From assembly GCA_949372655.1 (NCBI GenBank), contig CASIAI010000001.1:13279-77278 (forward strand): a stretch of 64,000 nt of DNA, given 5' to 3'. The notes below the pieces were generated by a model. It was not told where the DNA came from and made no database searches. It saw nothing but the letters and a program-made list of their open reading frames with translations. Of this stretch, positions 1 through 8,284 are shown one piece after another (position 1 is the stretch's first letter; each line of letters begins with the position of its first letter). The DNA comes from Candidatus Poseidoniaceae archaeon (lineage in GTDB: Archaea > Thermoplasmatota > Poseidoniia > Poseidoniales > Poseidoniaceae). Position numbers and translations under genes: made by a program.

Positions 1-1
1 G

Positions 2-997
2 ATAATCACTCTATTTGGAGAAAATGGCTTAATCCCACAAGTTTATGACTTAATTCCACTATTTTTAGGATCGCTATTTGTAGTTTGGGCGGCAATTCAA
101 GGAATCTCATTCAGTACTTGGGCATCCTCAATATCTGCCAAGAGTACAAAAAGTAAACGTTCTATATCTAACTTGAAAGCATCTACTACTTTCAATGGTC
201 TGGTTTTAATCACCTTTTCCATGGTTACTGTAAGTATTTTTCAATTCTTCAAAGATACTTCCTCATCAATAACTGATATCTTACTAGGGAACTGGGTATA
301 CTTGGGATTGATAATTGCGCTATATGCTTCAACATCTGCATGGACATGGAAATTAAGGTCGCTTGGCGAAAATAACCAAACGCTAAACTCTTTTTCCAAT
401 CGATGGTCGTTAATCTGCCATTTATTCTTATCTTGGCATATACTGACAATTTGGCGGCAGAACTTCATGTCTCCAAACCCAATAGAGATATTCTTAGAAG
501 AACTACTACTGATGATATTTACTGTATTTATGGCTATTTGGTCTCTTACTTCCAAGGGCTATGCTACTAAATTCAAACTATTGGACGAAGAAAACGCTCT
601 ACCTTGGGGTCTTGCATTCGGTTATGCATATGCTGGAAGTGTCGCTATGTTGACCAATGTATTCGATGAAATTACCACTGTTATGACAATCGGACATACA
701 GTAGTGATAATCACCGTGATTTATGTTTATCGAAGGGTTCTGATGAATGTATTTTCCAAACATGACGATGGAATACTCATGCGGAGGTTAGCCGCTAAAG
801 TAAATCCTAATACTGAATCGAAAGAAGAAGAACATTCTGAAACTGAAGAAGAAAAAGAAGTAGAGGTCGAATTAGATGGTGAAGACTCTGATGATGAAGA
901 TTGGCAAGAGGATTCAGATGTGGATTGGGAAAAAGAATCTGAAGATAATACGATAAGCAGTGATGTCGAATGGCAAGAAACTATCGAAATGGATTAA
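2..997 (+). CDS. Multi-pass membrane protein, 5' end outside window, with long acidic Trp-containing C-terminal tail
   Basis: The frame is open from nt 2, with no stop upstream of the TTG at 173 used by the ORF track, so the gene starts before the window. It has several hydrophobic helices followed by the tail EEEHSETEEEKEVEVELDGEDSDDEDWQEDSDVDWEKESEDNTISSDVEWQETIEMD. No family recognised. Confidence 0.6.
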   Translation: MITLFGENGLIPQVYDLIPLFLGSLFVVWAAIQGISFSTWASSISAKSTKSKRSISNLKASTTFNGLVLITFSMVTVSIFQFFKDTSSSITDILLGNWVYLGLIIALYASTSAWTWKLRSLGENNQTLNSFSNRWSLICHLFLSWHILTIWRQNFMSPNPIEIFLEELLLMIFTVFMAIWSLTSKGYATKFKLLDEENALPWGLAFGYAYAGSVAMLTNVFDEITTVMTIGHTVVIITVIYVYRRVLMNVFSKHDDGILMRRLAAKVNPNTESKEEEHSETEEEKEVEVELDGEDSDDEDWQEDSDVDWEKESEDNTISSDVEWQETIEMD

Positions 998-1938
998 TCT
1001 TCTGACTTGATTCCAGAAAGAAGAGTAACCACACGCATGGTATTTGCCAAATCCTCACTAACTCTAGCTCCAAGAATAACTTGTGCATCTCGGTCTAATG
1101 CTTCAGTAAATAACTGAGCGACTGAATCTACTTGGTTCAAAGTCATCCCTAAGCCCCCTTCAATTTGGATAAGGCATCCTTTAGCACCACCAACATCCAA
1201 TGCTGCCAAAGGAGCCATCATAGCGGAGCGTAGAATTGCTTTAGGGTCATTAGGGTCTCCAACTCCGACGAGTAAAGTGGCATTACCCTCTTGTTCTACA
1301 ATTGCACGTAAATCCATTAGGTCGAGGTTTATCAAGCCCATTCGGAGTAATGTTCTAACAAGACCGTCTACTAAATCCTCAACCCATTCGGCACCCATTT
1401 GCCACGAACGACCCTTTTCTCTTGCCTGACGAACCAGTCTTTCAAGCGAAAGTCTAACTGTAACATGTGCTACTTTTTGCAGTCTTTCAATACCGTCATC
1501 TGCAATCTTCCTACGTGTTTCTTGGATATCGAATGGCAAGGCTGCCACTGCAATTACAATGGCTCCTGACTGTCGTGCTTGTCTAGCAAATTCATGTGCA
1601 GCACCTGTTCCCGTACCCCCGCCCATACCGGTTAACAATAGAACTAATTCTACTGGTTCCATGATTTTTCTAACGAGTGCTGAAGAACTCCTCATTCTTT
1701 GTTCTGCAAGTGGTGGAAGGGCGGCACAACCGAGTTTGTCAACAGCAGTTCCTAGGCGCAGTACATGAGCACTGGCACAGTTCTCAAAACTAGAATCATC
1801 CGCATCAATTAGTAGAATATCTGCTCCACCATCTGAGCGCTCCCAAGCGCCTTTAGCCCATGAACAACCCAAACTACCTACACCGGCAATTAAGATTTGA
1901 GATGACTCCATCATACACAGGCTTTTGACGAACCTCAA
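994..1938 (-). CDS. Compact divergent FtsZ/tubulin-superfamily GTPase (314 aa)
   Basis: Tubulin/FtsZ signature LLLTGMGGGTGTGAA (GGGTG[ST]G). N-terminal ILIAGVGSLG. VIAVAALPFDIQETRRK resembles FtsZ KPFxFEGxxR. GLINLDLMDLRAIV resembles the FtsZ T7 loop NxDFAD. The C-terminal half is present (CLIQIEGG...AQVILGARV), but there are no N- or C-terminal extensions. Confidence 0.75.
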   Translation of the reverse strand: MRFVKSLCMMESSQILIAGVGSLGCSWAKGAWERSDGGADILLIDADDSSFENCASAHVLRLGTAVDKLGCAALPPLAEQRMRSSSALVRKIMEPVELVLLLTGMGGGTGTGAAHEFARQARQSGAIVIAVAALPFDIQETRRKIADDGIERLQKVAHVTVRLSLERLVRQAREKGRSWQMGAEWVEDLVDGLVRTLLRMGLINLDLMDLRAIVEQEGNATLLVGVGDPNDPKAILRSAMMAPLAALDVGGAKGCLIQIEGGLGMTLNQVDSVAQLFTEALDRDAQVILGARVSEDLANTMRVVTLLSGIKSED

Positions 1939-1956
1939 TGAACTTTAGTGTTGATT

Positions 1957-2298
1957 TCACTCAACATAGCGCAGATACCTTCTTCTGGCATCTCTCGCCC
2001 AAGCATTATCAGGTTCGAGGTGTAAAACTCGATTATAGTATTCAATTGCAGTCTCAAATTCAGATAGGTGCCTGCCATATAAATGGCCGAGATTAGATAA
2101 CACCGGTATACATTCTTCATCTTCTTCTAACATTTCAAGGAGTAATCTCTCAGCAGCACCTAGATCATTTTTCAGCATTAAGTCCTCTGCTAAGTCTAAA
2201 TTTTCCAATTGCTTCATGTTCAAATCATAAGTATTCTCAAATGGTGTATCCATAAGACTCATGCCGTCCATAACGACTTTACATTTCAACCCATCCAA
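1957..2298 (-). CDS. Small TPR-like repeat protein
   Basis: 113 aa. NLGHLYGRHLSEFETAIEYYNRVLHLEPDNAWARDARRRY reads as a TPR helix pair. It lies 18 nt upstream of the FtsZ-like gene on the same strand. Confidence 0.5.
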   Translation of the reverse strand: MDGLKCKVVMDGMSLMDTPFENTYDLNMKQLENLDLAEDLMLKNDLGAAERLLLEMLEEDEECIPVLSNLGHLYGRHLSEFETAIEYYNRVLHLEPDNAWARDARRRYLRYVE

Positions 2299-2439
2299 GG
2301 TATAATTTAACAGTACTTTAAGTATAAATTCCGGACCCTTATAAACCTTATTTTTGCTAAATAAAAAACGCTTACTGCGAAAGAATTTTGTTGTTTGTTT
2401 CGATAATGTTTAAAGAGTTCTTACGAGTGGAAAGATTAC

Positions 2440-3276
2440 TTGGGTGTGTTAATTTTGCGTAAGCCTTTTTCAATACGTCTTGTGTTGATACTGACTCTAT
2501 CGATATTTTTGCTTGCCCCGGGCTTAGTTTCTTCTTCTCACCTTGGCATTGGAGGAGAGCAAATCAACTCCCAAGATGGAAGTACAATAAATGATGTTGC
2601 AAAGGAAGGATGCCTCTGCCACAACATCGCTGCTGATAACACAGTACAGATTATTCTCGACCAAGTCCCTTACTCTTGGATTGCTGGTGAGGCTTATGAA
2701 ATGACTCTTCAAATCATAGGTGGACCACCAGCAGCATCTCCTTACACTGCTGGATTCTCGATGAGAGTTAGTGCCGGAGAATTATCCGGAGACACGTCTC
2801 AAAACTGGGAAGGCGACCTAGGGACTTTGACCCATACTGGCGATAGCGCAGGGGTTTCTGACAGGGCATGGGTACTGACTTGGGTAGCACCAGCAACAGA
2901 AAATGGAGCAGTAAACTTCTGGATTACCGGCAATTCTGTTAACGGCGACCAAGGTCCTGGAGAAGCTGATAAGTGGAACCAACTCCTATTCTCAATGCAA
3001 GAAGGTAATGATGCTACAACGGCACTTGGAAAGCGTACATTATTTGCTGGTGATGGAAATGTTAGCCCACCTGTACCTGAAGAAGGTGGAGTCGACCTAA
3101 AACACATGGGCGCAGAATTTAGAGCGCATATTTTGGGACTTCTTGGTTTTGGAGCAGTTATTGCAGTAATAATATTCGCTGGATTGATGCTAAGATATAG
3201 TTTCTCTACGTCCTACAAAGGACGAAGCAATCAACTTAGATTGAGATATAAAATAAGAAGAAGAGGTGATCAATAA
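2440..3276 (+). CDS. Exported, C-terminally membrane-anchored protein with Cys-x-Cys-His motif; first gene of the Rieske/cyt b operon
   Basis: TTG start (GTG 2446 is an alternative). Signal-like N-terminus LVLILTLSIFLLAPGLVSSS. C-terminal TM ILGLLGFGAVIAVIIFAGLML followed by a basic tail. CLCH at aa 58-61 (nt 2611-2622). GFSMRVSAG...WVAPATENGAVNFWITGNSVNGD suggests a beta-sandwich domain. TTTAAAG lies about 27 nt upstream of the start. Confidence 0.6.
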   Translation: MGVLILRKPFSIRLVLILTLSIFLLAPGLVSSSHLGIGGEQINSQDGSTINDVAKEGCLCHNIAADNTVQIILDQVPYSWIAGEAYEMTLQIIGGPPAASPYTAGFSMRVSAGELSGDTSQNWEGDLGTLTHTGDSAGVSDRAWVLTWVAPATENGAVNFWITGNSVNGDQGPGEADKWNQLLFSMQEGNDATTALGKRTLFAGDGNVSPPVPEEGGVDLKHMGAEFRAHILGLLGFGAVIAVIIFAGLMLRYSFSTSYKGRSNQLRLRYKIRRRGDQ

Positions 3277-3719
3277 TGGATGACATGATTACTAATCTAC
3301 TTCGTGATGTTTCCAAAGGGAAAGTCAGTGTCGAAGATGCAAGGTTAGCCCTTGAAGATGCTACCTTGACCGAAGAACAATTGGAGTCAGCGATTGAAAA
3401 AGGCGTTTTCAAAGAAGCAGAAATGGGTTCGATTGTAAGTGCATCATTAGCACCATCAGGGGCTTCATACCTCACAATGTTCTTCTTCATATGGGGAATC
3501 TTTTGGGTCTGTTATTGGTTCTTTTCGCTAATATATGGATTGGCCAAAGATTGGGACCAAAGGCAATTATCATTCCATATGGCTATGGGAATCACAACTC
3601 TAATCTTCATGGGACTGGTTTACTTGAAGTTCATTTTGCCAGATAAAATCATTGTTAAACATTCGATAAATAAATTCATTCCCGAGCATCAGAAAGATTG
3701 GAAGGAGTATAAGTGGTGA
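3276..3719 (+). CDS. Small membrane protein (soluble N-terminal about 60 aa plus 3 TM helices)
   Basis: TAATG stop/start overlap with the upstream gene. Hydrophobic segments include YLTMFFFIWGIFWVCYWFFSLIYGL and MAMGITTLIFMGLVYLKFIL. No family recognised. Confidence 0.5.
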   Translation: MDDMITNLLRDVSKGKVSVEDARLALEDATLTEEQLESAIEKGVFKEAEMGSIVSASLAPSGASYLTMFFFIWGIFWVCYWFFSLIYGLAKDWDQRQLSFHMAMGITTLIFMGLVYLKFILPDKIIVKHSINKFIPEHQKDWKEYKW

Positions 3720-4573
3720 GTATCATGGCTAGAGAATACGAACTTAAGGTAGACCCATCGACATTGGGAAGCGGTGCATCCGGCTCATCGAGTAGCACCA
3801 TAAATCGTAGACAATTCCTGAAATATGGTTTTAACACAGCCACTGGAGTTCTTGCAGCATCTCTTGGAGTCCTTGGTTTTTCAGCGATCCTATTGCCACC
3901 TGGTGGAGGTACATCTGGAGACTTAGGTGTTGTTTTCTGGGCTAAAGGTCGTGAAGATGAAGCATGGTACGGCGATAAACATGAACTACCTATGACTCGA
4001 ACTGATTTCGTTAATGAAGCAGCCAAATCAAACACTGGGACTTCCGGTGCAGCCGGCATTTGGAATGGAGTTCCTGTTGTCGTAACATATGTAGACCACG
4101 TCAAAAACAAAGATACACCAGTATTCAACGGAAAGGCAAGGTTCCAAATGATGGAAGGGTTTGATGAAACAGGAAAGAGAATCGGTCACTTTGAAGATAT
4201 GAGTGACGCTGACCCCCGAATATTCCCTTCCGATAATCTCGTCATGATATTTGGACGATGTACTCACTTGTGTTGTATACCTGGATGGCAACTTGTTTCC
4301 AACTCTTACACAGATGACACTTGGACTCCTGGTGGCGGTGATGAAGGTGGAACAAAACTATTCTGTATTTGCCACTCTTCACGATTCGACCCTACTGCAT
4401 TAGAGATGAACTCAAACCGAAACCGTTCATCTGGAGCTACTTTCAGTTATGCTGGAATTCGCAGAGCAGGTGGACCTGCTCCCGTAGGACTTCCAATAAT
4501 TCCAATTCAACTTAATGGCGATGTCATAGAGGGCATTACAGACTATATCGATTGGTACACATATTGTGATTGA
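3713..4573 (+). CDS. Rieske [2Fe-2S] iron-sulfur protein with Tat signal
   Basis: Twin-arginine motif NRRQFLK followed by a TM helix. Rieske boxes CTHLCC and CICHSS. GGAG lies 5 nt upstream of GTG 3713; ATG 3725 is an alternative start. Confidence 0.9.
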   Translation: MVSIMAREYELKVDPSTLGSGASGSSSSTINRRQFLKYGFNTATGVLAASLGVLGFSAILLPPGGGTSGDLGVVFWAKGREDEAWYGDKHELPMTRTDFVNEAAKSNTGTSGAAGIWNGVPVVVTYVDHVKNKDTPVFNGKARFQMMEGFDETGKRIGHFEDMSDADPRIFPSDNLVMIFGRCTHLCCIPGWQLVSNSYTDDTWTPGGGDEGGTKLFCICHSSRFDPTALEMNSNRNRSSGATFSYAGIRRAGGPAPVGLPIIPIQLNGDVIEGITDYIDWYTYCD

Positions 4574-4582
4574 GGTGATTTT

Positions 4583-5449
4583 ATGACAACAATGTTTTGG
4601 ATTCTTTGGTTCTTTATTGCTTTCGTAATAGTGCTGATCGCTTTCACCTTGAGAAAGGAAAATGATGAAATGCCACGTAGAGAAATCCTACGTGCTGTTG
4701 AATCAAGCGGAAAAATGGGCTTTGCCGAAAGGTCATTCCTTTGGGTATTCTCTTGGCTTGATACCCGTTTTAGAATCCAAGATTATTGGAATATGTCAAA
4801 AGGTGCTTACTACAACATGCACAGACAGATGCCACTTACGCACGCAGAGAAGTATAAGTTGAGAATCATTTGGTATTGGTACCCGCTATACTGTCTTGGT
4901 GGAATCTCATTCCTTTCATTCATTATTCTGGTAATCACTGGAACTGTATTAGGAATATACTACGTTCCTGGTGGAGAAGGAATTCCTTCGCCTGCCTATC
5001 TTAGTATGCAATATATCATGACTGAATTACCATTTGGCTATATTATTAGAGCAGTTCACCACTGGGGTACTCACTTCATGGTTGCCAGTGTATTCTTACA
5101 TATGTGTAGAGTATATTTCACCGGAGCATACAGGAACCCAAGAGAACTAAACTGGCTGATTGGAGTTGCATTGATGGCATTGACAATTGTGTTTGGATAT
5201 TCTGGATACTTACTTCCTTGGGATTCTTTGGCATATGGTGCTGCAGTTATCGGAATCAACCTAGCAAACTCCAGCCCTCTTGTAGGGAAGTACATCGCTA
5301 CACTATTGTTCGGAGGCTCTTCGCTAACCTCAAGAACCGTCACACGAATGTACTTCATTCACGTATTTATCTTGCCAGTTATCGTAACTGGACTAATTAT
5401 TGTTCACCTGTTTATAGTATGGGTTCAAGGAATTGCGGAGCCACATTGA
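4583..5449 (+). CDS. petB: Cytochrome b, N-terminal (b6-like) half
   Basis: RAVHHWGTHFMVASVFLHMCRVYFTG gives His-x13-His in helix B. HVFILPVIVTGLIIVH gives His-x14-His in helix D, the b6-type spacing. Also has YLLPWD. GAGGTGAT lies just upstream of the ATG. Confidence 0.9.
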   Translation: MTTMFWILWFFIAFVIVLIAFTLRKENDEMPRREILRAVESSGKMGFAERSFLWVFSWLDTRFRIQDYWNMSKGAYYNMHRQMPLTHAEKYKLRIIWYWYPLYCLGGISFLSFIILVITGTVLGIYYVPGGEGIPSPAYLSMQYIMTELPFGYIIRAVHHWGTHFMVASVFLHMCRVYFTGAYRNPRELNWLIGVALMALTIVFGYSGYLLPWDSLAYGAAVIGINLANSSPLVGKYIATLLFGGSSLTSRTVTRMYFIHVFILPVIVTGLIIVHLFIVWVQGIAEPH

Positions 5450-5464
5450 TCAAGGAGGGATATT

Positions 5465-8284
5465 ATGGGAATTGTAGAGAATCTAGGCAGAGTTGCATCT
5501 TCTTACATGGAAGAGAAAGAAAAGTTACAGACTGTAGGTGAGAAAAGAAAAAGAACTCGTCTTGGGCATGGCTTTTGGCCTCATGAAGTGTTAAGAGATC
5601 TGTTGATTTTTGCATTCATGTTTGCTGTTTTATTGTATTATGCATGGCTGATACCTCCGCCACTTCACGGTGCTGCTGACCCATATGCACAAGCCGGTTT
5701 CGTATTCCCTGACTGGTATGTTCTATTTTCCTATGGTTACCTCAGATGGGGTGAATATTTACCTCAATTCTTAGTTCCTACTGGTTTTATTGGAGAAATA
5801 GTTGGTCAACCTGTATTCCCTTGGAACGCTGCATGGTGGGGAGCTGCATTAACCGGAATTCCAATCGGTATTTTGATTCTACCGCCATTCCTTGGTGGAA
5901 GAGAAAAGCGACCTGTTGAAGACCCATGGTTTGCATCTGCTGGAGCGGTTTATCTTGCTCATATATGGTTTATCTCAGTATTCTCCATCAATATTTTCTT
6001 GGAATTATACCATAAAAATCGTTCAGATTACTGTAAATTAGATAGTAATGCAGACTTGTTGTGTGGAACTCGGGAACCATGGTTAGCCGAAGCATTCAAT
6101 GCGATACCCTGGGTGATGACTGGGGTTTTGATGTGGATTTGTATCTATTTCATTGCTAGAGGAATACTTTCCAGAGCATGGGGGTCAGGATTCACTCCAC
6201 GCCATGCTAAGCAAATCATAGTTGGTGCATTGATTCTATCAACTGCTGCAAGCGTTGCTACATGGGACGTTTATGACAAAGGGTTCTGGGATGCTAAGGG
6301 TCTTCTAACCATCAAAGATTATGATGAACTAGAGGCTATGCGAACTCAACCTTCAGACATAGAGGTTCATGAAACAAATGAGTTCACAGATGAGTTTGGA
6401 TGGTCAGAGACTGGAATCGTTCCTACAACAGCATGGCTGGACTGGACTATTTATCAGCCTGGAAGAGAAGTTATGATAGATTTCGCAGATTCTAATGGCC
6501 ATCAAGACGCAAGTAATGGGATAAATGCTGCTTCTGCCTCCACGGTACTAACTTCGGTAAACTCTTGGCAAATTATTGGAAGTTTTGATGTAACTGAAGA
6601 CCCAGTAAATTTCCCTGATGGACATCATGAAACAATTTCTGCATTTACTACTGATGTTACTTGTGAGCATCGTGCTGATGAGAGAAAAATCAATGATGTA
6701 AAGACCGATACTATGTTTAGTAGTACCTTGAAGGTCACTGACTCAGATGGAAGTGTTGTCTCGGAATTAATTGACTGCCCTGCAGTTGGAGAATCTGTTG
6801 AACTACAAGTAGGAACATATCAATACCAATTCAATGTTGATGTCACAGGCCCTTTGGCTCTAAATGATACCATGGCCAAAGAAGTCAGTTTCAAAATATC
6901 ATCATTCCAGCCGCTATTGGTTTGGGATAGTAGTGTAGATAACTCGATTGCTGGCATGACTGTAAACCTAAGCAATACAACTGAAATGGCACTTGGAGCA
7001 GGACAATTCGGTGTTATAGAGAATCCTTCATACCATGTTAACCCTCTAAGTCTTGATGCAAAACTAACCTATGCAATGTTTATTCCATGTTTGACATTTG
7101 GCGCTATGGTATTTGTCTTACTAAGATCAATGGCTCGAGGATATGAGTTTGAGATGAACAAGTGTTATGGTTGTGACCTTTGTGATGATGCATGCCCTGT
7201 TAGATTGTTTAATGGTGGAGATAAACTCAACATCATCTATAATTCTTGGAACAATGAGGATGATGGAGTACCGATGTATTCTTGCTTAACATGTACTGCA
7301 TGTACAAATGCTTGTCCTCAACTTGTCAACTATGACTCATATGTAGATATTCGAAGAGGATTAATTGTTGGAGGCCCACAAGCTGAAATCCCTCACACAG
7401 TACTACAAGCGGTTCTGGCTGCTGAAGCGGAAGAAGAAGCAGATGCAGACTTCGTATCTGTTGAAAACTACCCACTATCATCCAATATTGGATACTACCC
7501 CGGCTGTGTCGACTACCTCGACCAAGAGATGGTTTTCTCGCATGTCAACGAAGGAGAAATGAATCTTGGAGATTCTACTACCGCTGCTTTCACTCTATTT
7601 GATGAGATGGAAGTAGATGTATCTTATCTTGGAAGAGACTTCCTAAAGTGTTGTGGTCACGACCAAAAGTGGCAAGGATTAACCGAAGTATTTGACAAAC
7701 TAAAGGCATATAATCAAAAGAAAATCAAGCAATCTGGAATTGATACTCTTGTTTCGTCATGTGCAGAGTGTTTCAGAACATTTGCTCGTGACTATGAACT
7801 TGAAGACGTCAAGGTCATGCATACAACTGAATTCCTTATTGAAAATGGCTTTGATATGAACCTAAAGGCTAATGAAGAAACTACAGTAACTTACCATGAC
7901 CCTTGTAGACTTGGTAGACAAATGGGAATTTATGAAGAGCCAAGAGAACTGATCAATGCTGTTGAAAATGTAAGTATCGTCGAGATGGAACACCATGGCG
8001 AAGATGCAATGTGTTGTGGTGTCTCAAGTATGATGTCTTGTAATGAGAATGCACGTGCTCTAAGAGTTTCTCGTATGGAAGAAATTAGAGATACTGGTGC
8101 TGATACAATGCTTACATCATGTCCTAAGTGTGTATCTCACTTTGAGTGTCTCAAGTTTGAAGGCGATGAGAAGTATGCTGATATCGAGATTCTTGACGTA
8201 GTGTCATTCCTTGCTAAGCAAGTCAACGAAAAGAAGGCTGCAATAGGTTCCGAAACCTTGAATGTTGTAGAATCTGAGGCTTGA
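5465..8284 (+). CDS. Fusion protein: cytochrome b C-terminal half/subunit IV, exported about 280-aa domain, extra TM helix, then HdrD/GlpC-like 2x[4Fe-4S] + 2xCCG module
   Basis: Single 939-codon frame with AGGAGGG upstream. FPDWYVLFSY is a PEWY-type motif, and there are about 5 TM helices in the first 260 aa. A hydrophilic stretch spans aa about 265-545, followed by TM helix YAMFIPCLTFGAMVFVLLRSMA. Ferredoxin motifs are CYGCDLCDDACP and CLTCTACTNACP. Cys-rich motifs are GC..KCCG..SCAEC and PC..MCCG..SCPKC. Confidence 0.85.
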   Translation: MGIVENLGRVASSYMEEKEKLQTVGEKRKRTRLGHGFWPHEVLRDLLIFAFMFAVLLYYAWLIPPPLHGAADPYAQAGFVFPDWYVLFSYGYLRWGEYLPQFLVPTGFIGEIVGQPVFPWNAAWWGAALTGIPIGILILPPFLGGREKRPVEDPWFASAGAVYLAHIWFISVFSINIFLELYHKNRSDYCKLDSNADLLCGTREPWLAEAFNAIPWVMTGVLMWICIYFIARGILSRAWGSGFTPRHAKQIIVGALILSTAASVATWDVYDKGFWDAKGLLTIKDYDELEAMRTQPSDIEVHETNEFTDEFGWSETGIVPTTAWLDWTIYQPGREVMIDFADSNGHQDASNGINAASASTVLTSVNSWQIIGSFDVTEDPVNFPDGHHETISAFTTDVTCEHRADERKINDVKTDTMFSSTLKVTDSDGSVVSELIDCPAVGESVELQVGTYQYQFNVDVTGPLALNDTMAKEVSFKISSFQPLLVWDSSVDNSIAGMTVNLSNTTEMALGAGQFGVIENPSYHVNPLSLDAKLTYAMFIPCLTFGAMVFVLLRSMARGYEFEMNKCYGCDLCDDACPVRLFNGGDKLNIIYNSWNNEDDGVPMYSCLTCTACTNACPQLVNYDSYVDIRRGLIVGGPQAEIPHTVLQAVLAAEAEEEADADFVSVENYPLSSNIGYYPGCVDYLDQEMVFSHVNEGEMNLGDSTTAAFTLFDEMEVDVSYLGRDFLKCCGHDQKWQGLTEVFDKLKAYNQKKIKQSGIDTLVSSCAECFRTFARDYELEDVKVMHTTEFLIENGFDMNLKANEETTVTYHDPCRLGRQMGIYEEPRELINAVENVSIVEMEHHGEDAMCCGVSSMMSCNENARALRVSRMEEIRDTGADTMLTSCPKCVSHFECLKFEGDEKYADIEILDVVSFLAKQVNEKKAAIGSETLNVVESEA
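7150..8281 (+). other. HdrD/GlpC/GlcF-like Fe-S + CCG domain region of the fusion protein
   Basis: Two CxxCxxCxxxCP motifs. Two CCG-type motifs, hand-counted as C-x47-CC-x35-CxxC and C-x35-CC-x34-CxxC. Confidence 0.8.

Noticed and set aside
173-175. TTG at 173 as the start of the first gene
   Set aside because: The frame is open all the way to nt 2 and the upstream translation is hydrophobic and membrane-like. The gene most likely begins before the window.
2611-2625. Cys-Leu-Cys-His as a c-type haem attachment site
   Set aside because: The covalent haem motif is CxxCH (rarely CxxxCH or CxxCK). Here only one residue separates the cysteines, so I do not call this a cytochrome c.
5218-5541. 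107-aa ORF spanning the junction of the two cytochrome b genes
   Set aside because: It is out of frame with two strongly supported genes and has no motifs.
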